DNA of 63,335 bases, counting the filler, from Lenisia limosa (Eukaryota > Protista > Breviatea), in NCBI GenBank assembly GCA_001655205.1. It is 9 parts of 9 records of this genome, joined end to end, with 100 filler letters (N's around TTAATTAATTAA, not from the genome) between each part and the next. Parts side by side here need not be neighbours in the genome. Positions count along the whole stretch, not along the records: positions 6,817 to 23,860 come from LPNZ01003395.1; positions 23,961 to 37,660 come from LPNZ01008420.1; 7 more parts are not named here. One strand, given 5' to 3'. Positions 13,015-24,026 of the stretch are shown in pieces. Both the position numbers and the translations under genes were made by a program. The stretch's first letter is position 1. Every line of letters starts with the position of its first letter. The notes under the pieces were generated by a model. It ran no database searches and had not been told where the DNA came from. It saw only the letters and a list, made by a program, of their open reading frames with translations.

Positions 13015-13080
13015 ATTTAAGGATGTTCACAGGGACGAACGAGGCTTTAGCCTCGTTCGTCCTTGTGAACATCCTCAAAT
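13015..13080. repeat. 66-bp near-perfect palindrome (hairpin)
   Basis: atttaaggatgttcacagggacgaacgaggct-tt-agcctcgttcgtccttgtgaacatcctcaaat: 32-bp arms with 2 mismatches (one is G:T) and a 2-nt loop. Confidence 0.92.
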
Positions 13081-13229
13081 AATCAATTAAAAAAATTCAT
13101 GACCTTCCACGAGGGCTGTGACGAGTAGATATGAGCAATCATATACAGGAGGGGAATGATTGGAAACGTCATTTTTACGGTGATTTTATCATATTGGCCC
13201 AAAATCGTCTTGCAAAAGAAAGTCCTTGC

Positions 13230-14090
13230 ACCTTAAAAGGGGAAAGGTGACGGAGAGAGACTATAGGCATGATGCTTTAGCCGGTTTATCAGAACATGAT
13301 CTTCAGCAATTTCAAAGGTTTTCCGTTTGCTGTTTATGTTATTGTTTCTGTTCAAAAAGCTCTAGTTTATGCTGTTTTAATCAAGTTTTAATAAAACAAA
13401 AAGAATCATTGAAAAATAAAGTATACCTAGGGGTACTACTCAGTAAACTGGGTGACCTAGTTTAGTTCAATTTGAGTATATAAAGAAAAAGAAAATTCGT
13501 TTGATTCCTTTTTTATTGCTTCTTCTGTTTTTGGCTATTATTAGCTTTTTAAACACTGCTCTCAAAAGCTAGAATTGAAGGATTTTGGATGCTAATCAGT
13601 AAAATGTTGCAGGTTTGTTAGAGCTTCTGTCGTTCTTTTTAAATCAATTAGGTTGTCAACTGACTTAAATGAGGAGTGGTTTGTCTAACTTCCAACACCA
13701 TGAACTCTGCCTTCTCTCCTTTTCGCGCAAGCCGCTGAGAAGATCTCTAAGCTGTATTTAAATCTACGTGAAGCAAAATCAAAAGATTTTGAAAGCTGTT
13801 CAACAGCCTGATGAAGTATGTTGATGCCTCTGGCTAAAAATGACTTGCTGTTGTCGCCTAAATTCCTGATCTTCTGAATGATCTCCTTTCCTCTTCCTCT
13901 GGTTGCTCCCTACTCCCGCCCTGCCTGTGTTATGATCATTTAGTGCATTTAACTTTACCAATACAACCAAGCAGTTTTTGCACCTCGCTGCTTCATTCAT
14001 TGATCTGATCTTCATCCCCCGGTCCTCTCTCTCTTGCTGCGCATTTTGAGGCTCTCTGCTGATGATTTCTTCCTTTTTTATTCCCATTCC
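13230..14090 (-). CDS. Hypothetical coding exons, possibly the 3' part of the RapGAP gene
   Basis: Exon-like segments SMNEAARCKNCLVVLVKLNAL, EQPEEEERRSFRRSG and LRDLLSGLREKERRQ lie on the same strand downstream of the RapGAP exons. Linkage was not established. Confidence 0.25.
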
Positions 14091-14301
14091 CCAAAACCAA
14101 CTACTCGCCTTTCCTTTTTATGGTGATCTTTTCTTTCAAAAGTGACCCAAATGGGAAAGAAAATATGATACAATCATAAGGAAATCATCATATTTCCCTG
14201 TGAATTGTATCATATTCCCCTGTGGATTGTATCATTTTCATCAGATTCACTGATTTTATCATATTTAATCATACTCACAAGTGATATTATAAGTAGTAAA
14301 T

Positions 14302-14366
14302 GGGATAAGTCTTGACCGATTTACTCTGTGATTTTCCAAGGAAAAAAGGTCAAGACTCCCGGTCAC
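14302..14366. mobile_element. MITE-like family A, copy 3 (eroded ends)
   Basis: gggataagtcttgaccg...ttttccaaggaaaaaaggtcaagactcccggtcac. Confidence 0.65.
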
Positions 14367-14769
14367 ATACTATATATGATAGATAAGATAATATAATATG
14401 TATGTTGTTGATATTTCATATAAAAAGCCAGTTTCAAATTTTTTTCAGTAGAGTATTAAGGATATAAAAAAATACTACACTTAAGAAGCCCAATTTTGCA
14501 TATACATATATCATATATGGTATTATATTTCAAAGGATCAACAAAAGAAAACAAAAAAACTAGAATTACAAAAAAAACCCCAGGATTTTGAATGGCAGCA
14601 GACAGTATAGTAATATATTATATCGATATATTGTATATCATATGATATCATATAAACTATAGTAGTATACGATAAGATTTCATGTAATAGTACAGTACTA
14701 TATGTACTTATTAAGCAATAGTTGATAAAAGCAAGCTATTTACTGTCCTAAAGAATGCTGAGAACAAAC

Positions 14770-16750
14770 CTGTATACGGCATCTTCACCTTCACCATCCA
14801 TCTCGACAACAAGCCAAACATCTTGAAGAATTAAAAAATACAATTAAAAAACCCAGATATACTCAGAAGTTTGCTTTGTGCTTACTCAACGTTGTTCCCA
14901 TAACCAGATGCTTACGATTAAAGTGAGACGCGATAGTGGAGGGGTCAAAAGGAGGGCCACGAGTGTGGCGGAAGAGAACACAACAGACATCATTACCGAG
15001 ATGCCGCTTGCGTTCAACCTGGCGAATGAAGAGTTGGGAAACATAGAGAGAACGTTAACACATTCAATTGAAGTAAAAAGTTGACTTGAACTTACTCGTT
15101 GTGGGTCATTTGACATATAAGGGAGCAGCGTAGAGACATGAAACATCACTTCGTGTCCTTGGTGCGTGGTGTAGATTGATTGTCTTCCCGTTGTGGAAGA
15201 TTCTACCCAATAAGAGAAGAAAATTGAACTATAGCCAGTTATATTCTACTACCTTTAATGTCAAGTCCGGCTCTAAAACTGGAAAAGCCAAGCAGGTCAA
15301 CTGGAGTACCAAGAGCCTGTAGAAATTGGTTGAAACATTTTGACCCATGTTCTGAAGAGGTGAAAAAAGAGAATATTTCATCTGAAAATATTTTTAGTTG
15401 AAACTGGACCAACCATTTGAATAAAACTGGTTTTCCTCAGTGTCGGGGTCCTGGCAATAAAGTACCCCAAACTTGTATCCTAAAACACCTTGGGTACGTT
15501 CAAACTTCATGAGTGGCTCTTGTACCTCATTGGTGTCAACCTGTAGATAGGGTAAAAAAAGAATACCAATTAACGTGTTGATGATGCATTGTTGTTCCAG
15601 CCTGGTGAGGTGGCATTGTTGCTAAGTTTGCCTTTCCCCTCGCTATAATAGTTTCACCCTTACTTTACTGAAAGAAGCACTTATATAATTACGTTTAATA
15701 GTCCAACAATAGAACACAGTTATCATTTTTCCACCGTTTTTTAATATATAGATGAAATTGTCCGATAAATGAACTGAAATGTGCAGCAAGCATTGTCATC
15801 TAACCCTTCCATAATATTCTCCCTAATTTGGCTTTGTTTTCAACTTCCCACCTTTGTGAGGTTCATCTTTTTGCAGTCATTTGGTACTAAAACCGCGAGT
15901 ATATCACGCCATGTCATTGTCTGCCGGGGTACCAAAGGTATGATGCAACGCCGGATGCCCTTAGCAGTAAGTGAAACTATTCTCCGTTTTAATAATGAAA
16001 TTGCTTATCCCTCTCCCGTATACCTCTGGCCTGAACAAGATTACTGTGTAGTACGGATTACTATGCTCATCACTGGACTGAAAATAATGAGATAAAGCAA
16101 GTTGAGGTATTGTAGATTGTAGATCGTCATCATTACTTCAAGAAACACACCAAATCAGTACGCATGAATGCCAAGGCAATTGGCTCTAAGTCGTTGAGTC
16201 CAAGGAACACTTCATGGTCTATGTGACATTAGAAACAAAGGAAATATAATTAGTGAACATTAGTACAATCTGAAATGCCAAACTATCCATAAAAAAAGAG
16301 TGCCAAAATAAAATCAGCGAAACAATCTAGTAATTACGAAGAATCCAGATTTTTTTTAAAAAAGCAACACAGTAATTATTTTAATTGTAATGATTGTTGA
16401 ATTCAATCGGAATGAGAGCCAAAACCCCCACCTCTTCCAAGAAGGTAGCGATAATACCAGTGAAGATCAGCTTCAGGATTATCAACGGTTGTAGCAGCAT
16501 GCCATGTTGCTGGATCCTTTGTGTGACCTGTATGTACCCTAAAAGAAGAAATTAGCCAAGAAAAACTTGGGAGGGCTATAAGAGATTTCACAACATTCTT
16601 ACTTCCATTTGCTTGATGGCTTCACGAGCTCAGCTCTCCCTGTCATAGTGGTTTTTTTTCTTGTTTTCTCTGTGTTTTCTTCCTGTTTCAAGGTTCTTCT
16701 GGTTCTTCCAACGTTTGTTTGTTCACGCACAATTTTTCTTCGTCATGGGG
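14770..16750 (-). CDS. Rap/Ran-GAP domain protein (Rap1GAP/SIPA-like), ends approximate
   Basis: Spliced exons WYYRYLLGR...YKFGVLYCQDPDTEENQFYSN|EHGSKCFNQFLQALGTPVDLLGFSSFRAGLDIK|...TTGRQSIYTTHQGHEVMFHVSTLLPYMSNDPQR|VERKRHLGNDVCCVLF...|DVWLVVE match the RapGAP hallmarks KFGVLY, IMFHVSTLLP and RKRHIGND. Confidence 0.92.
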
Positions 16751-16943
16751 TAGTAGAATATATTATATCTGTGGTAGTTCCAAATCTCCTATAATCCTAT
16801 AATACCAACCGAGTGCCAACCGCGAATACCACAATACCAACTTGGTGGAGGGATACTATCTTCCACAACTACCTGCCCCCTAGCCCCTACATCCCTACAC
16901 CTCATTTACTCCTAACCCTTAGGTGGCCCAAGTGATTCTCAAT

Positions 16944-19612
16944 ATGTCTAATGAAGCGTCTCATGGAGGTAAGAAGATGAGTTCAGAAATTTGAAATCAT
17001 CACTTATGTACGCTTTCTCACTTTAGAGTTGGAAAAATACACTTCACTCCTCCAACAACCCTCTTTTATTTAGATTTGAAATCTAGAACCCCCCCCNNNN
17101 NNNNNNNNNNNNNNNNNNNNNNNNNNNNNNNNNNNNNNNNNNNNNNNNNNNNNNNNNNNNNNNNNNNNNNNNNNNNNNNNNNNNNNNNNNNNNNNNNNNN
17201 NNNNNNNNNNNNNNNNNNNNNNAGTTGGATATTCTTGCAAACTTTTCAAAGACCCTCCATCGACAGCGGTTTCACTTGTTCCATGGTTTGATAATACAGA
17301 TAACATGGTGAGAGGGAGCTGAAAGGGGGGAAGGGGTTGTTATTATTTAGAAGCTGAAAATACCTGAGGAGAGCATTAAGTACTAACCCTTCAGATGGAT
17401 CGCCACGATTGCCGGCTCTTAATTGATGATGAGAGACAGTAGGTTCAACAAAATGAATTTTTGGCCTTCATCTTTGCGATAAATACCGAATGTCCTATTA
17501 TTTGGTTCCTCTACGACTTCATTCAAATCTTTCTTGATCTTAACAACTTTTAAGGTTCCGTAAGCAGCGAAAACCCCGAAAACAGTCAAACCCAGCTCCC
17601 GAGGAAGATAACGATGAAGCTAATGACCTGCTTGCAAATGATGAGCGCTGGCTTTTCCTCCCACTTCCAGAGGTTGATGAAGGTGTGCAATATTGCGATA
17701 CTTCATTATCTTGATCAAAAGACTTCATCTTCACCTTCTTACATACTTCAAGAGGCTGGTACAGAACCAACTCCTGCAGAAGTACCTCCCCCGCCATCTG
17801 CTGAAGGTAAGCTACAGTGTCATTTTTGTTTATTGTCCTTTTAGAATCTCCTCCACTCCCACCGGAACCCATGCCCACTCTTCCCCAACTACCTGAACAT
17901 GAAATTGAAGCTCCCCCACCACCGCCTCTCCCAGGTAATTAATGATTATTATTGCAGAAATGTACTATCTTTTTTATTTGTTTACTGCTTTATAGTAGAT
18001 TGTCAAGAACAGATTTTCTTATATTTTTAGAAGTTGAAGAAGTGGACTTTTGCCGAGGTCGTGGTGACCCTAAGTACAAATCTCCTGAAGGACTTCCTAT
18101 CGGTATCATCACTGTTAGCAAGAATTTTAAATTTACTCTTACAGTATATCATATGTCTCTTATGGATGTAGCCTGCTACAGTACGAATGTACCGTATTAT
18201 CCGTCGAACTGCTCGATTCATTGCAGTTAAAGGTCCTGATGCTGAAAGTATAATGCTCGTGGGGGGGGGGGTATTTTATCTTCTTCTGGAATAAGTGCAT
18301 TTTTACCTTTTCTGAATGGAGTTTTACACTTTAGCAACGATACCTTAATCACCCTCACTTTACCTTTCTGCACTTTTCGCATCGTCTGCATGCCTTCTAT
18401 CTCCACCTGTTAACTGCTGCCAAAGAAAGCAAATTGGGTAAGGACTGCCTGTTATTCAGTTCAGTGTATCTCAACAGTTTTGACCAGTTTTGGCCACCAC
18501 CTTTCACTCTTAAGATGCCAGTGATGATGAGGCATCAGACCTTCACTTGGCAGCTCGCGTTCTTGCAGGTAACTTTTTTGACAAAATGAAAAACCTTCAT
18601 TCTTTAGGCGATACAACATTTGAAAAGCTTCAACCTCCTAATTTGCCTGAAAGAGTCCCGATTACTCAACCAGAAATTGCACCGGAAGAAGAAACCACTG
18701 AACCAACTCAGGTGAAAAAAGGGGTTACTAAGGTCTGCCCGTTTGGGGGAAGCTTAGCATGCTATTTGAAATGTCGTTTTCCCCTTCACCCTCTTTAGAC
18801 CAAAATACCAAGTGATATTTCAACGCAGCTTCTTACTGATAATCCAACTCATGCTACACCACCCACTGGTAAGACTGCTATCTTATTGTTGTTCATTGAT
18901 ATGACGATAAAATCACATTGCTTTTTTCACTTGGTATGATGTTTTAGAACTCCAAGTAATCATTGATCGAACTGCTTTAAGTGTTGCTCAACATGGAGAT
19001 TCTTTCAAAAAAAGATGTTAATGGGGTTTTATTTCTGATGGCTACTTTCTCGTTGTCTCTTTTAGAGATTTTAGTAACTTTTTCCACAGTGATAGGGGAG
19101 AAAAACAACCCCACTTTTTCGTTTTTGGATCTGTGGGATCAACATCATCAATACTACAAAACCCGACTCAATGAAGCAAAGGAGGTTGGAAGGGGGTTTA
19201 AAAAATATTCACTGTAAAATAATTTTAATTACCAGGCATTGGCTACTGCACGAGACCTCACTTCTACTTCCGATAACAAGCAACCTGACTCCGCTGAGGA
19301 GGAAAGTCTCCCACCACCAGCAAAGCGAAAACGCAAATTTGGAAGCAAAGTGGGTGTGTATTGTACAAAACAGCATGATCCAATTGTAAAGGTGTAAGGG
19401 ACGGAGGGAATAATGATTTAGCCTATATTATTCTCATTTACTATACCCCAAGCGGGAAGGGGACCAATTGAGAGTTATGGATGGTAGCGACCATTTCATC
19501 ATCACTTACTTGACAGGCTGATGAGAGCAACCCGGATACTGGGGTTCTCTCCACTGATGAAGTTCAAGCGATGAAGGAGCATGTGAGAGGGGTTGGCTTT
19601 GAGAGCAAATGA
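16944..19612 (+). CDS. SFSWAP: Splicing factor suppressor-of-white-apricot homologue (DRY_EERY + two SURP domains)
   Basis: VGYSCKLFKD...LVPWFDNTDNM|MDRHDCRLLI matches the SWAP N-terminal GYACKLFRD...LIPW...IDRYD. SURP1 is IIRRTARFIAVKG...PHFTFLHFSHRLHAFY. SURP2 is VIIDRTALSVAQHG...NPTFSFLDLWDQHHQYYK. Stop TGA at 19610-19612. The ATG at 16944 is inferred. Confidence 0.85.
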
Positions 19613-19660
19613 CGCCTATGTTGTAGAACCATATTGTCATATCGATACGACAATTCGAAT

Positions 19661-22600
19661 TCATGATTCTGAGAGAGCTTTCACCACCATCTCAAAGACA
19701 AGGTAATCTCAAGTGAGACTTGTCTTTTGGTCGGTCAAGTGCAACAGCAGTAGAATCATGATTAGTCCACAATCAATCTCTTATAAATGGAAAGTTGAAT
19801 GGGGCGAGGGGGAATAATTCCAGCTTTATCACATATTATATCCTATGATCGGCCTGATCTTATTTCTCTTTTCGGCATTATTTGATTTCATATCATGACT
19901 TTTATTGATTAGATAGGATATTTTATCAGTCCTACTATATGATATGATATATATACTATCATATTATACCATATAATAAATACTACATGAGCTTGATGGT
20001 GTCGATGTTTTCGTTCTCAGTGACATTTTTTAAAAATTAAAACTAATCAATCCCCACAGATAGCATCTGTCAAGAGGGACCTTTTGTTGCAGTCTGAGCC
20101 TAAACAAGAACCTGAAGTAGGTGGCTTTCACTTGTGCTCGATCCTCGTTTTCTGTAACCAGTACAGAGTAAACAAAAGAGAATTAGAGAAATTCTCTCCC
20201 GTGCTGCCCCTGGAACAGTCCTCCCAAGTGTGTAAAATAAAAGTTATGATAAAATTTGAATTTCATGGGTGCCTCACGAAGGTGATAAAAAATACAGTGT
20301 TATAATACATTAAACCTCTTCTTCATTTTCATCTCTGAAACCTAAAATATCCCCACAGAATTCTTCAGCCGATATAATGTCCCCAAGAGCCTTTTCGAGA
20401 TCAATATCTTCTCCAGTCTACTTAGTTACGAGATAAATGCTTGTACCATCATGGTGAACTTGGGACCTACCAATGCAGCGATACAATCTCGAATCTTCTC
20501 ACTGGATAATCCCTCTGGGCCTTCACCAAGAGCCAATAGAAGGTCTTCTCTTGCTGATGAAGTTACAGATATACGTATGTACACATCATTTATCACTCAA
20601 ACACAAGAGACCCCTTCTCACAAAGTTGTCCCGCTCCAAGCTCTTCAAACGCGTCGTAAATGGCATCAGACGTTAAGGGGTTGGCCGGGCGATGGTTAAC
20701 AAACACTAGAAAGAGTGATTCAATGAACAATTGCAATACTCTAAAACCATTTTAGTGTTCACCACATACATCTGACAAGGTCATCGAGCCCAATATCATT
20801 AGAATACTCTCCTGTGTCCACAAATTTGCTGAACTTCACCTCAGACTGTAACTCTTCAACCTCTCTTTCACTTGGGTAGAACCCTAGATGGATTATTAAG
20901 TTGATCATGAGAAAACAGTAACAAGACCATCAAAGCAGTTTGCTGTGCAGAGGGGGGGGGGGGANNNNNNNNNNNNNNNNNNNNNNNNNNNNNNNNNNNN
21001 NNNNNNNNNNNNNNNNNNNNNNNNNNNNNNNNNNNNNNNNNNNNNNNNNNNAATGTATGTACCATATGACAAACCAATAGGAACGGAGCAAAAGATGCTT
21101 AGGGTTCTTAAATCAAGGGGTATCATCGATCAGGGATAAATCAATAAAAACTGGTTGGATTAGCTTACCCTCCCCCTCCGTCCTCAACACTTCTCGTAAT
21201 GTGGGATTTTGGGTAGAAATTCACTCAAATATCTCTTGCACCTATGTATTTATATCACCTTACCCATTGCGCGAATGATGTTAGGAACTTCGTGAAGAGG
21301 CACGGTGTCACCAACTCTTCGATCATCAGGACTGTCTTCGCCAGCAGCGTGAAGCTGAAAGACCCTTTAGAACTGTATCATAGACGCTACTATGAAGAAA
21401 AATTGTGCTCATTTACCTGGGCATAATGGAAGTAATGAACGATGTTGCGATAGACCGGTCCATTCGCTCCACCTTCTAAAAAATAGTCAGACATGGAGGT
21501 GAGAGCAACTACATAAATGAATATACATGTATAGCAATGAGAAATAAAAACAACAACAAGGGTGTCTGGCCGAAGCCATCCACACCATCATTGAGAGCAC
21601 AGATTCAGGAAGTACCAGAGAGTTATCAGACTCCAACCAACCAAGTAGAGGTAAAAACGGTTCAATTCCGTCTCCCGCCAAAAGCATGTTTTCTAACACC
21701 GCTGTTGGGTCTGAAGAGTTATCAAGGAAAGAATGCAAAAAAATTCTCTTCAATACCCTACCAGTATTCCATAGATGAATGGTCTTGTCATCACCTCCGA
21801 CTGAGACTATTCGATTTCCATCAGATAAAACCGCAACTCCTGCTATCATTCCTACAGAATTACTATTTACAACTATCATGTGGAGTTTAGGTTTGGCATA
21901 TTTCTCCCACAAACCAGGATGGGCCACCACAGCACTATGAGAAAAGGGGTTTCCATCGACTGGCAAATGCCCAAGACCAAGGATACGTGATGGACAAGCA
22001 TAGACATAAAAGTCATTGGTTCGGACGTTCTGAACTATAAAAACAGTCTAGAAATACAAAACTCACAGAAGGGGGATTGGGAAGGATGGAGAGATAGGAA
22101 AGGGGTTCGTCATGCTTTGGGCCTAAGACGGTTTTGCGACACATTTTCGTGGTACTATTGTAGAGACTAAACAATGAGAGGCGTCTACAGGGTTGGATCT
22201 TATAGCATTCTTCAGGATGACACTCTTTACCCATTTTCCAACCTTCCTGATGTTCCCAGCCCGAGCCCCGATTTTTCAGGGTTTCCACTGCCTTAAGGTA
22301 CATATCATATGTACAATATGTTCCTGCAAATAGCCGAGATTTAGCCCCAACAGCCCAGGATAGGTTCTTGCCAACGCACCGTAACTTGTAACCGTCATTT
22401 GAAGTCATGAAGAAGGCTTCACGACCAATTGGAGGGGGGGTCACAAGGGAAGTTGGGACTGCAGCCTGGTCAGCACACACTCGATTCTAAGGTGTTAGAG
22501 TAATAGAACTGGGAAGTAATCTAACAAGAACTGAAACAATGCTGATTACCTTGATAATAAGTCCTTTCTCAGCGCTCGACTCTGCCAATGCGAACTCCAC

Positions 22601-23330
22601 AAGGTCCCTATCCTGACCAGCACTAATAAGACGACCCGCAGCATCAAGCCCCCATGTCAGGCCTGAAATTATATGAGGAAAAGCTTCAACAATGACCCAA
22701 TAAATGAAATGATTCAGCCATCCATCTTACCAATAACATTGCGACTGTGAGCAATATTCCTGCCAACAAGATTCCAAGACTCAACCTGAAAGATTAATTA
22801 TTCCTTAAAACACACAGGGAATTTTAGCTTTCCAATCCCTTGGCCGTACCTCTTCGCCTTCTAGGTTCTCAATTAACTCTCCCCGTGCAGTAGCAGCAGC
22901 TATGGAAGTAATGATAGAAGATACTAATGCTAAATCTACAATACACAATGATACTTTGTAGTACCCCCCCCCCCCCNNNNNNNNNNNNNNNNNNNNNNNN
23001 NNNNNNNNNNNNNNNNNNNNNNNNNNNNNNNNNNNNNNNNNNNNNNNNNNNNNNNNNAGGAGACGTCATTGCATGGGATCTCTCCATACACACAACTCCG
23101 CGACCATCAGCAGCAGCTAAAGGGTAACACCGGGGCATTATCATCAAACCTGCAAGCCATTGACCACAAGGTGAGAACGTTGAAAATCTGATAGGCGTTT
23201 GGAACGGCTTAAACGTAGACTGAAAAACATCCTGAAGATCGGAAGCCTGAAGAACTCGAACTCCACCACTTGCATTACCAACTGCTAAACGCTCACCTGA
23301 GGGAGGGAGGGGCAATTATTTGTGAACACC
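19661..23330 (-). CDS. CFAP251: Cilia/flagella-associated protein 251 (WDR66) homologue, 5'-partial
   Basis: WD40 exons (ERLAVGNASGGVRV...FSPCGQWLA; GMIAGVAVLSDGNRIVSVGGDDKTIHLWN) are followed by PFLPLL|EGGANGPVYRNIVHYFHYAQ|LHAAGEDSPDDRRVGDTVPLHEVPNIIRAMG|FYPSEREVEELQSEVKFSKFVDTGEY...AREDLLLALGEGPEGLSSEKIRDCIAALVG. This is collinear with the WDR66 C-terminal EF-hand-like region. The final exons are inferred. Confidence 0.85.
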
Positions 23331-23860
23331 GAATGACATGTAACACTGTAAACCAGGGTTCCAAGTGTGAAAGAGAGGCAAGAGTGGTTCAATATAGTGC
23401 ACAATAACACGATTAAGCTGCGTTAACATCGCTTTTATTCAAGATATGGACCAACAAATATTGAACAAATACCCTTAGATAACAACGCCTCACTTCCTCC
23501 ATATTACGTACTAAGGGGGGACAAAATGTCACCCTCAACAAAGATCAATCATATCCAAAAAAAAAAACATCGTAAAGCATGATAATTCTACAAGGTTTTA
23601 TAAAAATTTTAGGAAGAATGAGAGACTATTTCAAGTTCAGTTCACTTACACATATCGTGAGAAAACCTCAAAACCCATTGTCACACTCAATTACGTGTCA
23701 CCCCACAGTATCACATAGAAGGAAGTTAGAATAGTTGTGTGCAATAACAAGAAGAATAAAAGAATGGTATCCAAGAATGTTCCTTCATGAAATACTACTT
23801 TAGCTCCAAAATGAAGGGTCAAGCTTAGTATGTAAATAATTCCATACCGGATGGGTCAAA

Positions 23861-23960
23861 NNNNNNNNNNNNNNNNNNNNNNNNNNNNNNNNNNNNNNNN
23901 NNNNTTAATTAATTAANNNNNNNNNNNNNNNNNNNNNNNNNNNNNNNNNNNNNNNNNNNN
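23861..23960. other. Artificial contig spacer N44-TTAATTAATTAA-N44
   Basis: Same 100-bp structure. Confidence 0.97.
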
Positions 23961-24026
23961 CCCATTACAATTGCTTGCTGAGGCTGCTGAGTCTTTTTTT
24001 CAAAGCTATTGTCTTTGACCAAGTAG

